Shown here: in pieces, positions 36,680 to 46,830 of the stretch
Layout of the letters: each line of letters starts with the position of its first letter
Position numbering within the stretch: position 1 is the stretch's first letter
Sequence record: NC_028899.1
Direction: 5' to 3' (one strand)
DNA: 64,000 nucleotides
Notes under the pieces: model-generated
Database searches by the model: none
The model's input: only the letters and a program-made list of their open reading frames with translations
Told to the model about the DNA's origin: nothing
Program-made: the position numbers and the translations under genes

Positions 36680-38062
36680 TTAATCCAAACCGACAAGACC
36701 TGCCTGATTGGGATCGTCCGCTCTCACGAAGATCACCATGGCAATAAACGAACGGTAGCCATTTGCCAGCAAACCTTTACCGTTCATCTTCGTTTGGATA
36801 TGAGCCTTAAGCAGCACGCCGTTGACTTCCTTCACCTCGCCTTCGTTCAAGAACATGATCTTCACGTTCAAGCCAGGTTTGATGAGTTCCGGATCTGCAT
36901 TTTCCCATTCGACCGTGTAGAAGTGACCTTGACTACGAGCCAGTCGGGAAGTAGCGAGATATGGATTAGCAGTGATGTTTTCAGCCGACATGCGAACATT
37001 GTTCTTTCCGTTAGGAGCTTGCTCACCAACGAATTCACTGTTGTTCTTACTGCGCTGTACAAGCGCTGTGTTATTGCCATCCTTCGAGAAGCCCTGGACG
37101 ATCTGGTTGGCATCTGCAAACATAACGCCATTACCAGCGTTATCCTGGATCTGACTCTTGTCAGATTGGATCTTCTTGTTACCTGTGGACAGGATGGTCG
37201 TAATGCCATTCTGCGTGAGGTAAGTCTTTTCGATTTGAGGATAACGTTTAGCAGGAACCGAGATGACGATCAGTTTCTCTTTCGCATCGTCGAACCCTGC
37301 GGTGTCGTAAGGCGGATACACGTACCAGATACGGTCATGGACAAACTGCGCCATGCCGGTCGGGAATACGCCGCCTGTTTTCTTTTGTACGTAATCAGCC
37401 AGATCCGACAACATAACACCATGGTCGATGATGACCTGAGGCCACTTATCAGTAGCCGCAGATGGGTGCATGTTCACACCCAGAAGCTTCTCATCGTCAT
37501 CGAGTTGCAACTCAGCGCAATGCATCGTGATTGCATTCTTGATGACATCGGCATTGGTCGTATTGGTGTAGTTACCACCAACCGATACCTTAGCAATGTC
37601 GTCAAGCAGTTTCGGTTTCAGCTGAATGTCGATTTCCACGAAGTCAATCAAATTCTGGACTTCGCGACTCAGGCTTTCTGAGTTATTGTCTTCCGCCATG
37701 TAGGGACGGGCTTTCGGGTCGATTGAGACATTGAACGTCTCGACAGTCACGGAACCAGGTTGGTCGGACTTGTCGTAGTTTGTATAATTGAGGAGTTCCG
37801 TTTTCAGGATAAACTCCAGATTTCCCTTAGCCGGGTAAATCTGCGTGGTGTAGTCGCCAAGCAACATCACCACTCGCATCATTTTGACTGCACCGTAAGC
37901 GAGTTCGTAATCGGCATGCTCATCGATGTCGGTGATCTTGATCACATCGAACGTCTGAGAACCGATCTTGAACTGCCCGGTATAGCTGTAGAAATTGGGA
38001 GAAACGCTGGACTGCATGACTCGTTGAATCTCGAAATCCAGCGGTGTGCTATCGACAATCAT
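36680..38062 (-). CDS. Virion structural protein (phiKZ gp101-like)
   Basis: 460 aa, last gene of the conserved structural block. 'GIYxYY'-like 'GMAQFVHDRIWYVYPPYD' and 'W.N..P.LI.PG'. Confidence 0.65.
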   Translation of the reverse strand: MIVDSTPLDFEIQRVMQSSVSPNFYSYTGQFKIGSQTFDVIKITDIDEHADYELAYGAVKMMRVVMLLGDYTTQIYPAKGNLEFILKTELLNYTNYDKSDQPGSVTVETFNVSIDPKARPYMAEDNNSESLSREVQNLIDFVEIDIQLKPKLLDDIAKVSVGGNYTNTTNADVIKNAITMHCAELQLDDDEKLLGVNMHPSAATDKWPQVIIDHGVMLSDLADYVQKKTGGVFPTGMAQFVHDRIWYVYPPYDTAGFDDAKEKLIVISVPAKRYPQIEKTYLTQNGITTILSTGNKKIQSDKSQIQDNAGNGVMFADANQIVQGFSKDGNNTALVQRSKNNSEFVGEQAPNGKNNVRMSAENITANPYLATSRLARSQGHFYTVEWENADPELIKPGLNVKIMFLNEGEVKEVNGVLLKAHIQTKMNGKGLLANGYRSFIAMVIFVRADDPNQAGLVGLD

Positions 38063-38763
38063 TGCACGCGATCGTTAATACCGTTGCGATCCATATATGA
38101 CAGGAAGATGTCACGCATGGACGGACGTTCCGGCAACTTCTTCTCTTCCTGATTCTCGGCAGGCTTTTCGTCGACACGACGAGCAGGAGAGTATTGGTTG
38201 TGGACCGTATAGTGGTCGTCTTTTGCCTTGTTGCGGTTCTTGATCCGGTTGTCGACTGCTTCGAACATTTTGTGCAAATCGATGATTTCGCGCTGCACAC
38301 CTTCGGGAATGAAAGTGCGGGCGAACTCTTCTCCGTACTCATGACCAGCGTACTGATACACGGCTTCGGCGAATTCGTCGATCTGAACCAGATCTTCAAA
38401 CGGCACATTGTGATTGAACACCGTCGACTGAATGCGCTTGGCCCAATCGAAGGTGTAATCCTGGCAAATCTCGTAGATCGCTTTCGTATCGTCACGACGG
38501 ATGATCGAGACCATCGTGTGTTCGTGATAATACTCCACCATCTGAGCGATAGTGATGTAACAGGGAGCAGCCTGTTTCATCAGCTCCCGGTCTACGTTTT
38601 GGTTACCCGAAGTGGGTAGGCCATAGCGTTCCAGGTACGCCGTACCATAACGAGCGATACGAGGTACCCGACAATACCAGACCCGCCCCCACAACGGATA
38701 CCGAGGATCATCCATCGGGATGCTACTCGGATTCGGCGCTGGACGTTTCTTCTGTTCTGTCAT
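38059..38763 (-). CDS. Conserved protein (phiKZ gp100-like position)
   Basis: 234 aa with ATGA overlaps on both sides. Confidence 0.6.
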   Translation of the reverse strand: MTEQKKRPAPNPSSIPMDDPRYPLWGRVWYCRVPRIARYGTAYLERYGLPTSGNQNVDRELMKQAAPCYITIAQMVEYYHEHTMVSIIRRDDTKAIYEICQDYTFDWAKRIQSTVFNHNVPFEDLVQIDEFAEAVYQYAGHEYGEEFARTFIPEGVQREIIDLHKMFEAVDNRIKNRNKAKDDHYTVHNQYSPARRVDEKPAENQEEKKLPERPSMRDIFLSYMDRNGINDRVQ

Positions 38764-40109
38764 AACCTTCTCAAGTTGTACTTGATCAGCAACAGCAGCA
38801 ACGGGAAGTAGTAGAACTTCTCCACATGTCCCCAGTTGTAGCTGTCGTCACACAGTTTCAGAATATCGCTGGCTGCGATAATTTTAAAGTCAATGTAGTC
38901 GAGCAGCAGGCTTTCGAGCAGCGACAGGTTCGTGTTGTCACGCGTATAGAACGCCTGAGAAAGCACGTAACCATCAAGCATGTTCACCGGCTTGATGTTC
39001 GGCATGACCCCTACGCTACCATCCGTCGGAGGCGGCACGGGCACATACGGCGGCATCGTGGACACGATGTTCACCGGCAGCACAGGTTTCTGGATTTCCT
39101 TGGACATCATGAAATCCACATTGGTTTTCGCATCAAGCGGATACACCACTTGAGCAATACCGTTGTAGCGCATGCTGGCAAGCAATGCCGAGCGATGGAA
39201 GTTCACACGAGACGTAACGCCCGTCTTCGTGTAAATCATTTTCATGAGCTTCGGATCACGATTGGACAACATCGTCCAGAGACTCAGCGAGCCGATTGCT
39301 CCATCGTCACCGATGTTCAGTTCACGGATCGACTGGATATGCACGTCGTCAAACGAGTCCATGATCGACTTGACGAAATCCACGAGACCATGGTCATACG
39401 TCGGCACATCTTGCATGGGCACGACGAGCGTCATGTACTCACGGCTGAAATACTGGTTGAAGTACAACTGAATCATGTCGTACCAATAGGCCGCGAGCTT
39501 CTTGCCGTTCTCGTAGTCCTCTTCGACCAGCAACGGATTCTGCAAATTCAGCAGGAAATCCTTGACGAAGTAGTACGTGACCTGAGTCTTCTGTTCCAGA
39601 TCGTTGATACGAACCCGATCGTTGATCGCGACCAGCTGGTATTCGATGGTGTGCGCATGATCGAGGAAGATCTGCATCGCCGTGACTTTCGTCACTTTGA
39701 AGATACCCTCGCGACCATCTGCTACACCGGCTCGGAACATGTCGCCTTCCTGAGGAACCAGGAACGGATACACGTTCGACATACCCTGCATCGTGATTTC
39801 GTTGGTAGCCGGATCCTGCGAGACTTGAGTCAAGTCCTGCGTGACCTTCAGTTCCATCGACCAGATGCGGCGATACTGTTGTTGAACTGCCGGCAAGGAA
39901 ATATCCTGACCTTTCAGTTCGCTATTCTGATCGAGGATCTGTGAGTAGTAATCCACCACCCACGGCGAGCCTTCGATATACGCGATCAGATCGCTCTGAG
40001 GCGTATAAGTGGTATCGATGACAGCAGTCTTGACACCTGGCTTAAACGGACGAACGATGTCCGGTTTGGGCAGGTTAGGAGACTTGTCGGTATCTTCCCA
40101 AAGTGGCAT
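38760..40109 (-). CDS. Virion structural protein (phiKZ gp99-like)
   Basis: 449 aa. 'LIAYIEGSPWVVDYYSQ', 'VPQEGDMF', 'E.FY..PLLLLLIKY'. Confidence 0.65.
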   Translation of the reverse strand: MPLWEDTDKSPNLPKPDIVRPFKPGVKTAVIDTTYTPQSDLIAYIEGSPWVVDYYSQILDQNSELKGQDISLPAVQQQYRRIWSMELKVTQDLTQVSQDPATNEITMQGMSNVYPFLVPQEGDMFRAGVADGREGIFKVTKVTAMQIFLDHAHTIEYQLVAINDRVRINDLEQKTQVTYYFVKDFLLNLQNPLLVEEDYENGKKLAAYWYDMIQLYFNQYFSREYMTLVVPMQDVPTYDHGLVDFVKSIMDSFDDVHIQSIRELNIGDDGAIGSLSLWTMLSNRDPKLMKMIYTKTGVTSRVNFHRSALLASMRYNGIAQVVYPLDAKTNVDFMMSKEIQKPVLPVNIVSTMPPYVPVPPPTDGSVGVMPNIKPVNMLDGYVLSQAFYTRDNTNLSLLESLLLDYIDFKIIAASDILKLCDDSYNWGHVEKFYYFPLLLLLIKYNLRRL

Positions 40110-40117
40110 TACGTCCT

Positions 40118-41668
40118 CTATTTCTTCGTGATTTCATAAACGCCATTGACTGTTGAGAACTGCACAGTCTTCATGGCACGATTGATGACTCGACCACGCA
40201 TGCATTCTGCAAACTGATCGAAAGTACGAGCGTTCAGGCCCTTGGCGATGTACTGACCGCAAGGACGATCGGAAGTCGTCGGTGCGATGTAATCGACGAT
40301 CTGATCGAACGCACAGCGTTGGGCTCTCAGACGCGCTTTAGCGTCTTCTGTGAGGTTTGTGAAGTCAGTTGACACCGACACACGGACGTGGTAGTACCGA
40401 CGCTTATTGAGCGATCTGGTGCTCCACACGTTGAGGTTCTCGTCTACACGGATCCAAGACGGATCCATGAGGTTACGGCCCATGTACAAACTGACGTTTA
40501 CAGCCGAATTGCGAGGCTGCGTTACGTACTGGGCTTCTGAGGCGATGAACTGCTTCATGCAGTCACTGAACTTGAATCCGTACGAATCTGCTTCGAGATC
40601 CGTCAGGTTCAGTAGCAAGTTAGGCTGACCATCTGGTTCGTCTCCCACGAGCACAAGAGTCGTTACCATGCGCATCGTCTTATCGACGACATTGCGAGGC
40701 ATGAACTCATCGAACGTCGGGAAATAACGACCCGGGAAATCGTTGTACGGAGCACCGACGTTTTGCATCGACTCGAAAGACTTCAGGTGAGCAAGCGACC
40801 ACGACCGCGAGGTCTGGTGATCTTTCAGGCGTTGAAATCCTTCTTCATTCCGATACTTCTTGTCGAGGATCTGATTGTGAATCACAATCGGATACATGAA
40901 GTGGACATCCTTCGGTTTCTCGTAACGCAAGACGTAAGGGATTTCGACTTCCCACACGTCCGTCTCATCCTTGCGTTGGCCGAAGTCCGGTTCAGCACCG
41001 ATGTCGAAGAAACCGATACAACGACACTGCGTCTCTTTGAAGACGCCCAGCGTATTCTTGCCGGTCTGGTCGGTGAGCACACCCCAACGCGGGTTCACCC
41101 ATTTCTGGAAGAACTCATCGAATGTGTCGCCATAACCTGCCACGTTTTCCGTCATCTGCCAGATGGCTTTCAAGATAACCATGAAAGATTCAGGCATCGA
41201 GAAAGAATACTGGAGTGTGTGGAGCCAAGTATCCTCGCGATTCGGGATCTTCATGATCATGTAATCGTACCAGCGACGGGCGTCCGTCTTGTTCTTGGCA
41301 CGATAGTGAATCGTAAACTTCATTTCCACCGATGCATAGATCGGTCGCATTTCGACTTCGAGATCTCGATTGAGGAAAAGCGGAATCTGTTCGGCCTGTT
41401 TGGTCACCATCGCGGGCAACCAGTCTTGTACGTAGTTCTCCGTGATTTCCACGAAGATCTTGTCGGTGGAAGGAAAGCGCACGCTTTCGTTTTTCTTCGA
41501 GATGTAGCCGTGAGGCTGAGCCACCGTATCCGTATAGCCCGGATAATTGATGGTCATATCGGCAGGCAATCCCATCCGGTCGATCAGAATTTCCTGAACC
41601 GTTGCAACAGCAATCGCACGGCTTACCGACTGATCGGATTCCAGGATAGGTCGTTGTACTTTGGGCAT
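40118..41668 (-). CDS. Virion structural protein (phiKZ gp98-like)
   Basis: 516 aa. 'Y.KP......YPIVIHNQ'. Synteny. Confidence 0.65.
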   Translation of the reverse strand: MPKVQRPILESDQSVSRAIAVATVQEILIDRMGLPADMTINYPGYTDTVAQPHGYISKKNESVRFPSTDKIFVEITENYVQDWLPAMVTKQAEQIPLFLNRDLEVEMRPIYASVEMKFTIHYRAKNKTDARRWYDYMIMKIPNREDTWLHTLQYSFSMPESFMVILKAIWQMTENVAGYGDTFDEFFQKWVNPRWGVLTDQTGKNTLGVFKETQCRCIGFFDIGAEPDFGQRKDETDVWEVEIPYVLRYEKPKDVHFMYPIVIHNQILDKKYRNEEGFQRLKDHQTSRSWSLAHLKSFESMQNVGAPYNDFPGRYFPTFDEFMPRNVVDKTMRMVTTLVLVGDEPDGQPNLLLNLTDLEADSYGFKFSDCMKQFIASEAQYVTQPRNSAVNVSLYMGRNLMDPSWIRVDENLNVWSTRSLNKRRYYHVRVSVSTDFTNLTEDAKARLRAQRCAFDQIVDYIAPTTSDRPCGQYIAKGLNARTFDQFAECMRGRVINRAMKTVQFSTVNGVYEITKK

Positions 41669-41710
41669 AAGTGAGTCCCGTATTGGTTCTATGTCAAAAG
41701 ATCAAACGAT

Positions 41711-41742
41711 ATACTACTCCTGGCACCGGCCAGGAGTAGTAT
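41711..41742. terminator. Intergenic hairpin
   Basis: ATACTACTCCTGGC-ACCG-GCCAGGAGTAGTAT. Confidence 0.7.
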
Positions 41743-41745
41743 CGA

Positions 41746-42159
41746 TCAATCACGCTGCATGTAATCGGGTAAATCAGGAAATGGCTGGATCGTTCCTTTC
41801 AATCCATGGGAACAGTCCGAAAGGAAGAATACTTCACCAGGTTTAGCGCCGTTGCACCCTACCCAGGTATGACAGCGCTGACACTCGAAATCGTGTTCGT
41901 CTTCCGGATGCTTTTCATTGAACGTACACCAGCAATCATCGCCAGCTTTATGCGAAGAACAGTAGTGGCCTGTTGTCACCAGTACACTCGGACCAAATAC
42001 GGGGTTGTTCACATCGCCATTCCACGTCCAGTTTTGTCCTGGGCGACCACCTGCCGTTGTGATCTGGTGTGAGGTTTTGCATCCCTGACACCAATACGTC
42101 AAACCACTACGTCCCTGGCTGTCTGCCCAGCTACGTAGTTTCTTTGAGAGCAGTCCCAT
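41746..42159 (-). CDS. DUF6527-like Cys/His-rich protein
   Basis: 'YWCQGCKTSH...WTWNGDVNNPVFGPSVL...RCHTWV...FLSDCSHGLKG'. Confidence 0.65.
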   Translation of the reverse strand: MGLLSKKLRSWADSQGRSGLTYWCQGCKTSHQITTAGGRPGQNWTWNGDVNNPVFGPSVLVTTGHYCSSHKAGDDCWCTFNEKHPEDEHDFECQRCHTWVGCNGAKPGEVFFLSDCSHGLKGTIQPFPDLPDYMQRD

Positions 42160-42195
42160 AATCTTCTCAACGAGTATTGTCCAAAAGATCAACGC

Positions 42196-42223
42196 CTACC
42201 AGTAGCCTTTCGGCTACTGGTAG
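42196..42223. terminator. Intergenic hairpin
   Basis: CTACCAGTAGCC-TTTC-GGCTACTGGTAG. Confidence 0.7.
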
Positions 42224-42233
42224 ATGTCAATGC

Positions 42234-42473
42234 TTAATCGTCGTTGCGCGTACGCTCACGGAAGCCGCTATGGCTCTGCATGCGGGTCTTCAGGTCCTTG
42301 TTGCGACCATCGATACCGACAGCATGTCCGACTTCCTTGACGGCATTGCCGATTGCTCGGCCGGTGCCTTTCACGAGTTCACCTACGTTCCCTACGTCGT
42401 CTTTCAACGACTGAGTGAACGAACTCATCGAGGCTTGTTGTTTGGTGGGACGGTCGTGGCGGGAGAAACCCAT
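42234..42473 (-). CDS. Small hypothetical protein
   Basis: 79 aa with an amphipathic 'VGELVKGTGRAIGNAVKEVGHAVG'. Confidence 0.55.
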   Translation of the reverse strand: MGFSRHDRPTKQQASMSSFTQSLKDDVGNVGELVKGTGRAIGNAVKEVGHAVGIDGRNKDLKTRMQSHSGFRERTRNDD

Positions 42474-42475
42474 GA

Positions 42476-43786
42476 TCAGTGTCCGTGCTTCTTCAGTTCG
42501 ACCTGGTTGCCGTTCTTCATGTTGAAGGCGAGCACATAGGTCGTGAGGTTGATGAAAGCATTGACGACGCCGTCGACCAGGCCGTAATACATCAAGGCCG
42601 GTTGATCCATCGTCTTCTGGAAGAACTTCAGATCGTACATCATCACATCGCGCTCGGTCTTCTTCTCCTTGCTGGAGAACAGATTCGCGCCATGCTTCTT
42701 GATCTTCGCTTCCACTGCCTTGATGAACGCTTCCTTGTCGGCCTGATACTGACGCATCTTGTCGGCAAGTTTCTCGCGCTGCTGGTTCAAGAACTGAATG
42801 TTCTCGATGAGCTTGTCCGGATTAGCGGCGTCGCCATCCAGCACAGCGTACTTGTTGAGGTTGATCACACCCTCGACTTTCGTCTTGCTCACGCGCAGCT
42901 GGTCCACCCAACGCAGGTTTTCCTTCATGGCATCGCGACTTTTCGGATCGTACTTCGGCGGCTCTGCCATCTGGATGGTCACGTAGGTATTGTCGCCGAA
43001 TTCTTCCGACGCATACACCTTCACGTTGCCATTCTTACCGCGTGTTGCGGCCAGGATCCGACCATCGTGCGTTTCGTGGAAAGCGATGGGCATCGGCTTG
43101 GATTCGATCTTCTCACCGATGATGCTTTCCTTGGCGGACTTGTTCAGTTCGCCTTGAGCCGTGAACACCTTGACCATTTCGCTACCGATCTGAGCCAGAT
43201 AGGTCGCATTCATGATGCCATGATTGGTCGTGATGTTCTTGAGGATCTCGGGCTTGGAGAGGTCGCACTTCTCGAAGTAGCCATGGGGACCAACCGGATA
43301 GGGAGCAGACTTCTTCTCCTCGTCCGTACGCTTTTCAGCAGCGTCTTTGACTTCTTCGGCTTTTTGCTTCAGTTCACCGACCTTCTCTTCAGCATCCTTG
43401 TTGCGAGTGAAGATCCGCTTGATCAGACCCCACACCCACTGGAACGCTTTCTTGATCGAGTTGATGATCGACATGAAAACGTTCTTGACGCCTTCACCAA
43501 AACCCTCCAGAGCAGCATGACTCAGGTCATGCGTCTTGAAGGATTGGAGATCGGGCATCGCTTTGTACGGGGCACCGCCGATGCGTCCCAGTCGCAGGAA
43601 CGATTCGACCGAGTGTTGGACGAGTTTGTAAGCCGTCTCATCGAGTCCCTTGTCGCCATCTGCCATCAAGTCCTGGGTATAGACCAGCGATTCCAGAGAC
43701 TGAACAGCGGTTTCGACTTTCTCGTTATCGTGAGCATACGCCTGGAGGTCCATTTCCAGATCGTCGGCATAAGTGAGTGTGCTCAT
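42476..43786 (-). CDS. Internal head / ejection protein (phiKZ gp93-97 paralogue family)
   Basis: 436 aa. Propeptide with SLE/SVE/ALE sites, then 'FMSIINSIKKAFQWVWGLIKRIF'. Confidence 0.75.
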   Translation of the reverse strand: MSTLTYADDLEMDLQAYAHDNEKVETAVQSLESLVYTQDLMADGDKGLDETAYKLVQHSVESFLRLGRIGGAPYKAMPDLQSFKTHDLSHAALEGFGEGVKNVFMSIINSIKKAFQWVWGLIKRIFTRNKDAEEKVGELKQKAEEVKDAAEKRTDEEKKSAPYPVGPHGYFEKCDLSKPEILKNITTNHGIMNATYLAQIGSEMVKVFTAQGELNKSAKESIIGEKIESKPMPIAFHETHDGRILAATRGKNGNVKVYASEEFGDNTYVTIQMAEPPKYDPKSRDAMKENLRWVDQLRVSKTKVEGVINLNKYAVLDGDAANPDKLIENIQFLNQQREKLADKMRQYQADKEAFIKAVEAKIKKHGANLFSSKEKKTERDVMMYDLKFFQKTMDQPALMYYGLVDGVVNAFINLTTYVLAFNMKNGNQVELKKHGH

Positions 43787-43807
43787 CTTTTTACCTTAAG
43801 TAGACGT

Positions 43808-43846
43808 CATAAGAGATACTCAGGGACCCGAAGGCCCCTGAGTATC
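43808..43846 (-). terminator. Hairpin + TATG element
   Basis: GATACTCAGGG...CGAA...CCCTGAGTATC with CATA on its left. Confidence 0.7.
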
Positions 43847-43890
43847 CCGTTTGACTAGACCGAAGTCAGTCTACCGCACGAGGCGAAGGA

Positions 43891-45207
43891 TTACTCCTTC
43901 GTTTCGTACTGGCGTGCCGACAGCTCAGCGTACTGCAGTGCCGAGCTCATGCCGCGGATCGAGTGCGAAGCGAACGAAGCCGCCGGCTCGTCCATCAGCT
44001 TGCGGAACATCGTTGCCGATGCCTTCGCCTTCTTGCCTGCGTCGCCCTTCGAATCGCCAGCTTCACGAGCCGCGCCCGACGCGAACTTTTCCAGCTTCGC
44101 GATGAACTTCGACTTGTTGTTGTTGATTTCGGTCAGGTTGCGCTTGTACTCGCTGACTTCGCCCGCGAACTTCTCGATCGCTTCCGCGAAGCCGCGGATT
44201 TCGTCGACGCCCAGGACCTTCAGGGTCTTGCCTTCTTCCTTCTTCTCGGAGAGGCTGACCGAGCCGGCCTTGATCTTGTTCGCAGCTTCTGCCGCAGCCT
44301 TCGCGTCGTCGCCGCCGCCAGCGCCCGGCACTGCCAGGTAGACGACCGTTTCGCCCGGGAAGCGCGAGGTCACGAAGACCTTGACGTCGCTTTCAGCCGT
44401 CACGCGCTTCATCGTGCCGCTGTCGGCCGGCTTGAGGCCGTATTCGCCCGGAGCCGGCATGATCGGCGTGACCGTCGACAGATCGGTCATCTTGCCGAAC
44501 GCGTCGGTGAACTTCTTCTGCGCTTCGAACAGCTTCTTGCCTTCGCCGGCGAGACCTTGCAGGTCCGAGATGCTGACCGGGTTGCCGTTGATGCGCACCG
44601 CGTTGTACAGGCTGTCGTTTTCGAGCGTCGACTCTTCGGCTTGGCCGCTGAGACGGGTCGTCGATTCCTTCAGCTTCTTCGCGCGGGCTTCGAGACGTTC
44701 GGCGGCGCCGAAGATCTTGTTGAAGAAGTTGCGCACCCACTCGATCGACTTCTTGATCGCATCGACGATCGATTGCCAGATCTTCTTGGCGGAGACTTCC
44801 AGCGCTTCGACCGTCGCACGGCCCAGCGCTGCGCGGTTCGAACGGGTCTTGAACGACTCGCTCGACGGGATGCCGAGTTGCTTGTACGTCACGCCGATGC
44901 GGGCGACCTTGAGCAGCGTTTCGACGGACGTTTCGATGATCTCGGCCGTGTTCTCGTCGATGCCTTCGCCTTCGTTCGCTTCCGCGACTTGTTCGGCGAT
45001 GGTTTCCAGGCCGTCGGCGGCGACAGCTGCCGCGTCGATCTGGTCGTTGCCCGTGTTGATCGCTGCTTCGTCGGCGTTGATTTCGCTGACGGCCGATGCC
45101 AGGGTGTTGGTTTCGTCCGGAGCGATTGCGTCAGCGCCGGTCATGGTGTCTGCGGCGTCGAAGTTTTCGTTCGAGTGCAGGATGCCGCTTTGCGGAAGGA
45201 AAGACAT
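43891..45207 (-). CDS. Internal head protein (phiKZ_IP, gp93/95-like)
   Basis: 438 aa. Acidic propeptide, then 'ALEVSAKKIWQSIVDAIKKSIEWVRNFFNKIFG'. Very high GC3. Confidence 0.85.
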   Translation of the reverse strand: MSFLPQSGILHSNENFDAADTMTGADAIAPDETNTLASAVSEINADEAAINTGNDQIDAAAVAADGLETIAEQVAEANEGEGIDENTAEIIETSVETLLKVARIGVTYKQLGIPSSESFKTRSNRAALGRATVEALEVSAKKIWQSIVDAIKKSIEWVRNFFNKIFGAAERLEARAKKLKESTTRLSGQAEESTLENDSLYNAVRINGNPVSISDLQGLAGEGKKLFEAQKKFTDAFGKMTDLSTVTPIMPAPGEYGLKPADSGTMKRVTAESDVKVFVTSRFPGETVVYLAVPGAGGGDDAKAAAEAANKIKAGSVSLSEKKEEGKTLKVLGVDEIRGFAEAIEKFAGEVSEYKRNLTEINNNKSKFIAKLEKFASGAAREAGDSKGDAGKKAKASATMFRKLMDEPAASFASHSIRGMSSALQYAELSARQYETKE

Positions 45208-45339
45208 GTGGATTACTCCATTGCAATGAAGGTTACTAAGAGGCCCTTAGTTTAAAACACCTACTCACGTAGGATCCTGAAAAACGTGCATTCTAAACTA
45301 TATGCCTAAAACGCCACGCTTTAGTTTCTCACCAGACTA

Positions 45340-45924
45340 TTAAGAGCCGAAAAACACGCGCAGCGAGATGAGCATGTCGCTCAAACCGTCACGCTGACCG
45401 AGCCAGGTGCGCAAGAAGTCCCGGATCAACACGGGGTCATTGCGGTAACCATTGACCAGATATTCGCGCGTTGCGACGCCAATCGTCCAGGCGTTATGTT
45501 TGCCGATGTCCAAGGTATCCAGGAAGATCATGGGATGATACTTCCGAAAACCCGTATACACGTAGCAGACCGTCTCGTCGACGAAACGATTTTGCATCGT
45601 GTCAAAATATGGGTTTTGTTTTTGTTTTTCGATCCATTCGTTGATGGTCAAGGTACCGAAAGCACGCAGAGCTGCCACATACAGGCGTTCGCGGAAAGCG
45701 AAGTCCTGCTTGAGCACACTTTCGTGCTTCAGGGTCTCTTTGTAGAGCTCCTCAATCGCCTGATTCGGAGTGAGGTCGTTATCCTCCGACTCCAAGGTAA
45801 TCCGGCGAGTTGCGGTACCTATAAGATCCACCTGAATGGGTTTGTTGACCTGTGCCTTACGGTACTCGATGGGCGCACCGAGAAAGCCGTTCGGATAGAG
45901 CTTCAACCCACCGAAGATTTTCAT
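45340..45924 (-). CDS. Virion protein (phiKZ gp91-like position)
   Basis: 194 aa with a TAATG overlap. Confidence 0.6.
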   Translation of the reverse strand: MKIFGGLKLYPNGFLGAPIEYRKAQVNKPIQVDLIGTATRRITLESEDNDLTPNQAIEELYKETLKHESVLKQDFAFRERLYVAALRAFGTLTINEWIEKQKQNPYFDTMQNRFVDETVCYVYTGFRKYHPMIFLDTLDIGKHNAWTIGVATREYLVNGYRNDPVLIRDFLRTWLGQRDGLSDMLISLRVFFGS

Positions 45925-46814
45925 TACTGCATCTCCTCTTCGGCCTTGTTGATTTTGTAAATCAGTCCTTCCGACTTGTCGCGCAGGATTTTGATCTCCT
46001 TCTCGATCTGCGGATTGGACTTGCCTTGTTTTGCTTCTTCCAGCAGCAGGATGCGTTGCTGGATGCGCCGGAGGTCTTCTTGCGCTTCCTTATAACGCCA
46101 TGCCTGGAATTCAGCGATCCACTTGCCGATGTGGAAGAACGGGTTCAGGCTGACCGGGATGAAGCCCATCTTGAACGGGTCCATTTTCAGTCGGCCAAAC
46201 AGCGCGTTGTTGTCGTCGCTGTCCGGATCCACCTTGACATTCGGGATGTCGTCGAACTTCTGCTTGAAGTGATCGTCCGACAGTGCTTCAAGGGTTTCCA
46301 GGAAGAACGGGAACCGATCCTCGACCCAGGCAGCTTCGCCCTTCGTGAGGTTATCCTTCTGGTAATCCTCGTACATGCCGACCGCTTCCGTTTCGTACAC
46401 CGTAACTGCTTCGATGAACTTGCGGATGAAACGGTTCATGAACGCAGCATTGTCCACCAGCTGCATCATGACTGCCGAGCGATGATCGATCGACATTTGC
46501 GAAACCGTTTCGGGCATCGACTTGCGAATTTCCTGGCCGAGGATGTCCAGGTTCTTCTGCACCTTGTGGAGGCGATCACGCAGGTCTTCGATGACGCTCG
46601 CGTTGCGACCCAGACGGAACGCTTGGCGATAACGCTCTTCGTAACCGATGACCACTTCCGACTTCGGCTTGATCGTTTTGAATGCCGCAGCAGCGGTGCC
46701 GACGATCGGTACGACCTTGGTGCTCAGATCTTGCTGGACCACGTCCAGCGAGGAGAGTACCTCGTCCTTACCCGTCACACCCTTGAGCGACTTGACGTAT
46801 GCGTTGATATTCAT
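45924..46814 (-). CDS. Virion head protein (phiKZ gp90-like)
   Basis: 296 aa. 'NPFFHIGKWIAE' followed by a C-terminal coiled coil. Confidence 0.7.
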   Translation of the reverse strand: MNINAYVKSLKGVTGKDEVLSSLDVVQQDLSTKVVPIVGTAAAAFKTIKPKSEVVIGYEERYRQAFRLGRNASVIEDLRDRLHKVQKNLDILGQEIRKSMPETVSQMSIDHRSAVMMQLVDNAAFMNRFIRKFIEAVTVYETEAVGMYEDYQKDNLTKGEAAWVEDRFPFFLETLEALSDDHFKQKFDDIPNVKVDPDSDDNNALFGRLKMDPFKMGFIPVSLNPFFHIGKWIAEFQAWRYKEAQEDLRRIQQRILLLEEAKQGKSNPQIEKEIKILRDKSEGLIYKINKAEEEMQ

Positions 46815-46830
46815 GTTGGCGGCCTTGCTG

